Below the pieces are notes generated by a model. That model was not told the origin of the DNA and ran no database searches. It saw nothing but the letters and a program-made list of their open reading frames with translations. The position numbers and the translations under genes were made by a program. From Armatimonadota bacterium (GTDB lineage Bacteria; Armatimonadota; UBA5829; JAUSEB01), in assembly GCA_030649165.1 (NCBI GenBank), contig JAUSGG010000089.1:1-39075 (forward strand): a stretch of 39,075 nucleotides of DNA, written 5' to 3'. Of this stretch, positions 36,801 through 39,075 are shown in pieces (the first letter of the stretch is position 1; each line of letters opens with the position of its first letter).

Positions 36801-38251
36801 CGAAGCTGAATCGGGATGAGGGAGCCTAGCGGCGCGACGAGGACATCCGTACTGATCCCCAACCGGATTTCGGCCGAGTACGCGGGCGCGCCCGCAGACG
36901 CCTCCACCTGGCGGCGCGACGTGTCTGTCGTCGTGCACTTTATGCGATAAATCGAGTCGGGCGCAGCCTTGTCCGTCTTAATGGGAATGGAGACCTTTCC
37001 GTCCTTGTCGGTGTAGACTGTTCCCTCCGCGATGAACTGATCGGAACGGTACACGTCGGACTCGTCCATATTGCCGCTCCAGTCGGCATACCAATCTCCT
37101 GTCTCGTCGCGGCTTCCGTAGTAGAAGTTGTTTGCGCGTCTGACCTGGTAATGGACCTGCGCCTGCGGCAGCGGCGCGCCGAAGTAGTAGCTCGCCGCGA
37201 CGTTGAAGACGATCTCCTGGCCCGCAAGGTATCGTTTGGCGCCGGGACTAACGTCCACCTTGAACTCCGGCTTACGGTATTCCGCCACGTCAAAAGAGTG
37301 GTAGGCTTCCACTTCGCCCACCGCAACCACGATGCTGTAGCTCCCGAGAGATCCTTCCGACGCGAGCCGGACCTCGCCGGAGAGGGAGCCTATGGCGTTG
37401 GTCGTAAGCTTCTTATCGTAGAAAGCATTGTCTTTGGAGTCTCGCGCCTGCACGCTGCACGTCTTGTTGGCAAGGGGCACATAGCCCCTCCCCTTGGTAT
37501 GCCTGAGTATTGCCTTGAACATCACGGTCTGGCCGGGTCGGTAGATAGGACGGTCGGTCTGAAAGTGGACCACGAGTTGGCCGTCCGTGTTTGTGGCGCC
37601 GCAGGGGACCGCCGCAAGGTCTCTCCCGCGGGTGACGATAATCGTCTGGTTCTCTCGTGGAGGTGTTTGGAGTATGAACACACCGTCCGGACCGGTCTCA
37701 CCGCTCTTGACCTGCTTTCCGCTGTTCTCGTAAAGCGTCACTTCCGCGCCGCGTATCGGCCGGCCGGTCTTTGCGTCGGTAACCCAGGTGAGGACGCGCT
37801 TCTGAGAACGCTTTACCACGACGGACAGGTTGGTGACGTTGACCACGGCCCAGGCTTCCCTGTCGCCGCCTGAGGCGGTGAGAACGTAGATTCCCGGCGC
37901 CAGAGGCGGAAGGTTGGTTTGTTTGCCGCGGTACATGTCTTCCTGATAGCGACTGGGACGCTCCCCCTTGGCGATCATCGAAACACCCCACTGCTTCACG
38001 ACTTCACCGCCCGAAGGCTTCATGGGCTTCCCTCGCCCGATGAGCAATCGCACATCCCGGACTCGGCGCGCTGTGATATGCACAAGACCGACATTGCGCG
38101 TGTTCAGGTTGATCCTGATCTTTGGACCCGGCGCGACGTCGCGCGCGACCCAGATCGAAACTTCAGTCTTAGGCGCCTGCCGCGCCGCGAAAACCGCTAT
38201 CGGCGTTAAGAGCAGGACAAATGCAGTCAACCAGCGATTGCAGCTTTTCAT
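33881..38251 (-). CDS. Giant secreted alpha-2-macroglobulin-family-like protein (~1456 aa); start set to the signal-peptide Met
   Basis: Signal peptide MKSCNRWLTAFVLLLTPIAVFAA. Many beta-sandwich (MG-like) repeats. A segment PGNLTSWRGKALAITGDTKTGKAQTNV resembles the A2M family. No CxEQ thioester motif was seen. Confidence 0.5.
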   Translation of the reverse strand: MKSCNRWLTAFVLLLTPIAVFAARQAPKTEVSIWVARDVAPGPKIRINLNTRNVGLVHITARRVRDVRLLIGRGKPMKPSGGEVVKQWGVSMIAKGERPSRYQEDMYRGKQTNLPPLAPGIYVLTASGGDREAWAVVNVTNLSVVVKRSQKRVLTWVTDAKTGRPIRGAEVTLYENSGKQVKSGETGPDGVFILQTPPRENQTIIVTRGRDLAAVPCGATNTDGQLVVHFQTDRPIYRPGQTVMFKAILRHTKGRGYVPLANKTCSVQARDSKDNAFYDKKLTTNAIGSLSGEVRLASEGSLGSYSIVVAVGEVEAYHSFDVAEYRKPEFKVDVSPGAKRYLAGQEIVFNVAASYYFGAPLPQAQVHYQVRRANNFYYGSRDETGDWYADWSGNMDESDVYRSDQFIAEGTVYTDKDGKVSIPIKTDKAAPDSIYRIKCTTTDTSRRQVEASAGAPAYSAEIRLGISTDVLVAPLGSLIPIQLRAVDLDGKPAAAKVTVAVGKLVWDEKEHRYKREELTRTRVTIPASGKAAARVPAKAAGNLSILATALDRTGRKASAQLTVWTAGPSAKFEKEEQGPVLTLKPDRRSYEPGRTTGIWVNSNTPRPVLLTVSGLDIFEYLVLPANTKSFLWKVKTSVEMSPNAYAEAEQWSKSYRVSANALLPIPDRTRKLTVSVEPDKKAYRPGDTAVWTVRTKALNGKPIPAEASVSVVDESIYAIKPDNTRDPYAQFWGIRENGVATNSSAPEEMSGGAFQGAPETGRSALLPAFRSALPPGAKLAGVRQRFLDTAYWNANLMTDMDGTATVSFDVPGNLTSWRGKALAITGDTKTGKAQTNVQASRPVMLRLAVPRQMVQGDTLRLIGTINNRADRAHEFHVELAAEGLTIEGSPARKVNVPAKGEATVEWTIGAPTLPESGEASITGALFATDVPAGSVEEMSDALKVNLRIAPKGIERRILVGGALQNEKTVTLDLPEDRIEPASRVTITVRAGLKQVADDLAREVLDSGRYSTSAAADQLLAACVVGAANASEDVRESLALLSRYQQGSGAWGWWETDAWDPVTTARVLTALARARAARITVPDDLLARGISGADLLYGQTNLWEHKALLASAITLAEFAVSPSGIAEGVYIRRDRLLDEVHRRGADLSPYARMALAEAYAKASKMDWAKEAIQSVLKDAVDGPDTAYLPVGDKPGWSATTVEATARALTVLAATSQGDELQAKLAEWLARPDDYTWLSNDEQAEAAFALAAYLKKHPQPAQPGKPEIKVNGAAVEYEEESGKPVRASVPRSLLKSGANTISLTRTGGGSVFFSVEARVHRPAEQESSIGMRLLRRYESQNDAGVWQELAGSLKPSSPVRCTVLVWPDDKPDGIRVVEPIPAGFEFVDSDRNGAWAREEVRDAAVIHYMRSFGEPIYFRYYLRAESEGVVTALPASAEIIRRPAVSGNTATSTVQVKK

Positions 38252-38804
38252 CCTCTGAACCTTTCTGCCCTGAGGCGGTAGAGTTGACACGGGGATCCCT
38301 CAGAGATGCCCGCTTTCTTGTAAGCCCACTTGAGCCGGACCTTTGGGTCTTTTCCTTCCGTACGATGCCGGCTCGCCCGCCGGCCTTCAAAACCAAGCCG
38401 TCCGCGGGCGCAAGCGAGCTTACATCCCCAATTGGCTCCGTCCGTTCCACGATTGTGATTGTGACGTGGAAATCCTTGAGGTCATTGCGGGTGAGCGGGC
38501 GATAGCGCGGGTCGTGGGAGGCGGCGGCGCGAGCCGCAAGGACGACTTCCTCTTCGAGAGAGCGGCTTCGCACATCGAGCGAGCCCCGGCACCCCACAAC
38601 GCGGCCTTTTATCTCGATAGTGACGAACACCGGACGCGCCGGGGATTTGCTTCTGATTGCGGGTGGAGCCTTTGCTTCGACTTCAGCTTTGACGGCCTCG
38701 CGGGCAAGCGCCAGGAGCTTGTCCTGGTTGTATGTGCGAGACGCGCTCGCCGGCAAGGTGAGCGCAAGCGCGGCCAGAGTGAGCGCTGAGCGTGAAGATA
38801 TCAT
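38169..38804 (-). CDS. AMMECR1-domain protein; C-terminal ~60 aa atypical and overlapping the next gene start (possible frameshift)
   Basis: RPVFVTIEIKGRVVGCRGSL...AARAAASHDPRYRPLTRNDLKDFHVTITIV fits the AMMECR1 core. The tail after DGLVLKAGGRAGI does not. Confidence 0.55.
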   Translation of the reverse strand: MISSRSALTLAALALTLPASASRTYNQDKLLALAREAVKAEVEAKAPPAIRSKSPARPVFVTIEIKGRVVGCRGSLDVRSRSLEEEVVLAARAAASHDPRYRPLTRNDLKDFHVTITIVERTEPIGDVSSLAPADGLVLKAGGRAGIVRKEKTQRSGSSGLTRKRASLRDPRVNSTASGQKGSEDEKLQSLVDCICPALNADSGFRGAAGA

Positions 38805-38885
38805 ACAGGCCTCCGGTCCACGTTTCTCCGCGTTGATTAAGACGACGGGAAGCAGGCAAGCGTTCCATGCCGAGACGAGCCCCGG

Positions 38886-38933
38886 CGGTTGAAACCACGA
38901 CTACGACTACGCAAAGTCGGCCTGCGCCGACTA
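38886..38933. repeat. Repeated element, truncated copy 3 (first ~48 nt with the agtcggc...gccgact hairpin)
   Basis: cggttgaaaccacgactacgactacgcaaagtcggcctgcgccgactag, ~80 nt upstream of the AMMECR1 start. Confidence 0.75.
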
Positions 38934-39075
38934 GCCCGCATTATTCACGAATACCGAGTTGTACCGCCCCTCGATACGGTCCCAGAGGACCTACTCGGGG
39001 ACACGGACTTGTTGTTTTCGTGCTGGAAAAGTATAACTCCGCGTTCCCGAGTAGCCGCTCCGGCGGCGTATCGAG

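Noticed and set aside
1-39075. tRNA, rRNA, tmRNA, RNase P genes
   Set aside because: No T-loop (GGTTCGAnTCC-like) or other hallmark motifs were found on either strand.

Overview
This is a GC-rich bacterial chromosomal window, read by eye with no tools. The left ~6 kb carries plus-strand genes: a small signal-peptide ORF, a flotillin-like SPFH protein and a VIT-vWA protein. The centre, about 6.2 to 32.2 kb, is one tightly packed minus-strand operon of ~25 genes. Many junctions are ATGA/TAATG overlaps, and a near-consensus sigma70 promoter sits at its 5' end. The operon encodes a complete phage-tail-like extracellular contractile injection system (eCIS/PLTS). Structural genes are the sheath (YPGIYIEE start), a gp19-family tube, a tandem-AAA+ ATPase, a DUF4255 cap, a LysM/gpX-like protein, the gpD hub, the gpV spike, a DUF4280 PAAR-like tip, gp25/gpW, two baseplate-J paralogues, a P2 gpI-like protein and a beta-helix tail fibre. 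No capsid, terminase, portal or integrase is present. A cargo island lies between the spike and PAAR genes. It holds two DUF4157 (zincin-like HExxH) proteins with unrelated, unrecognised C-terminal domains, a PG-binding + CHAP hydrolase, and a small ORF. The right end carries a polysaccharide-deacetylase, a giant secreted alpha-2-macroglobulin-like protein and an AMMECR1 gene, together with a thrice-repeated palindromic element. Long plus-strand ORFs inside the operon are antisense artefacts. Alternative starts (GTG/TTG) are rendered as M in the ORF track, so several start codons were re-chosen.
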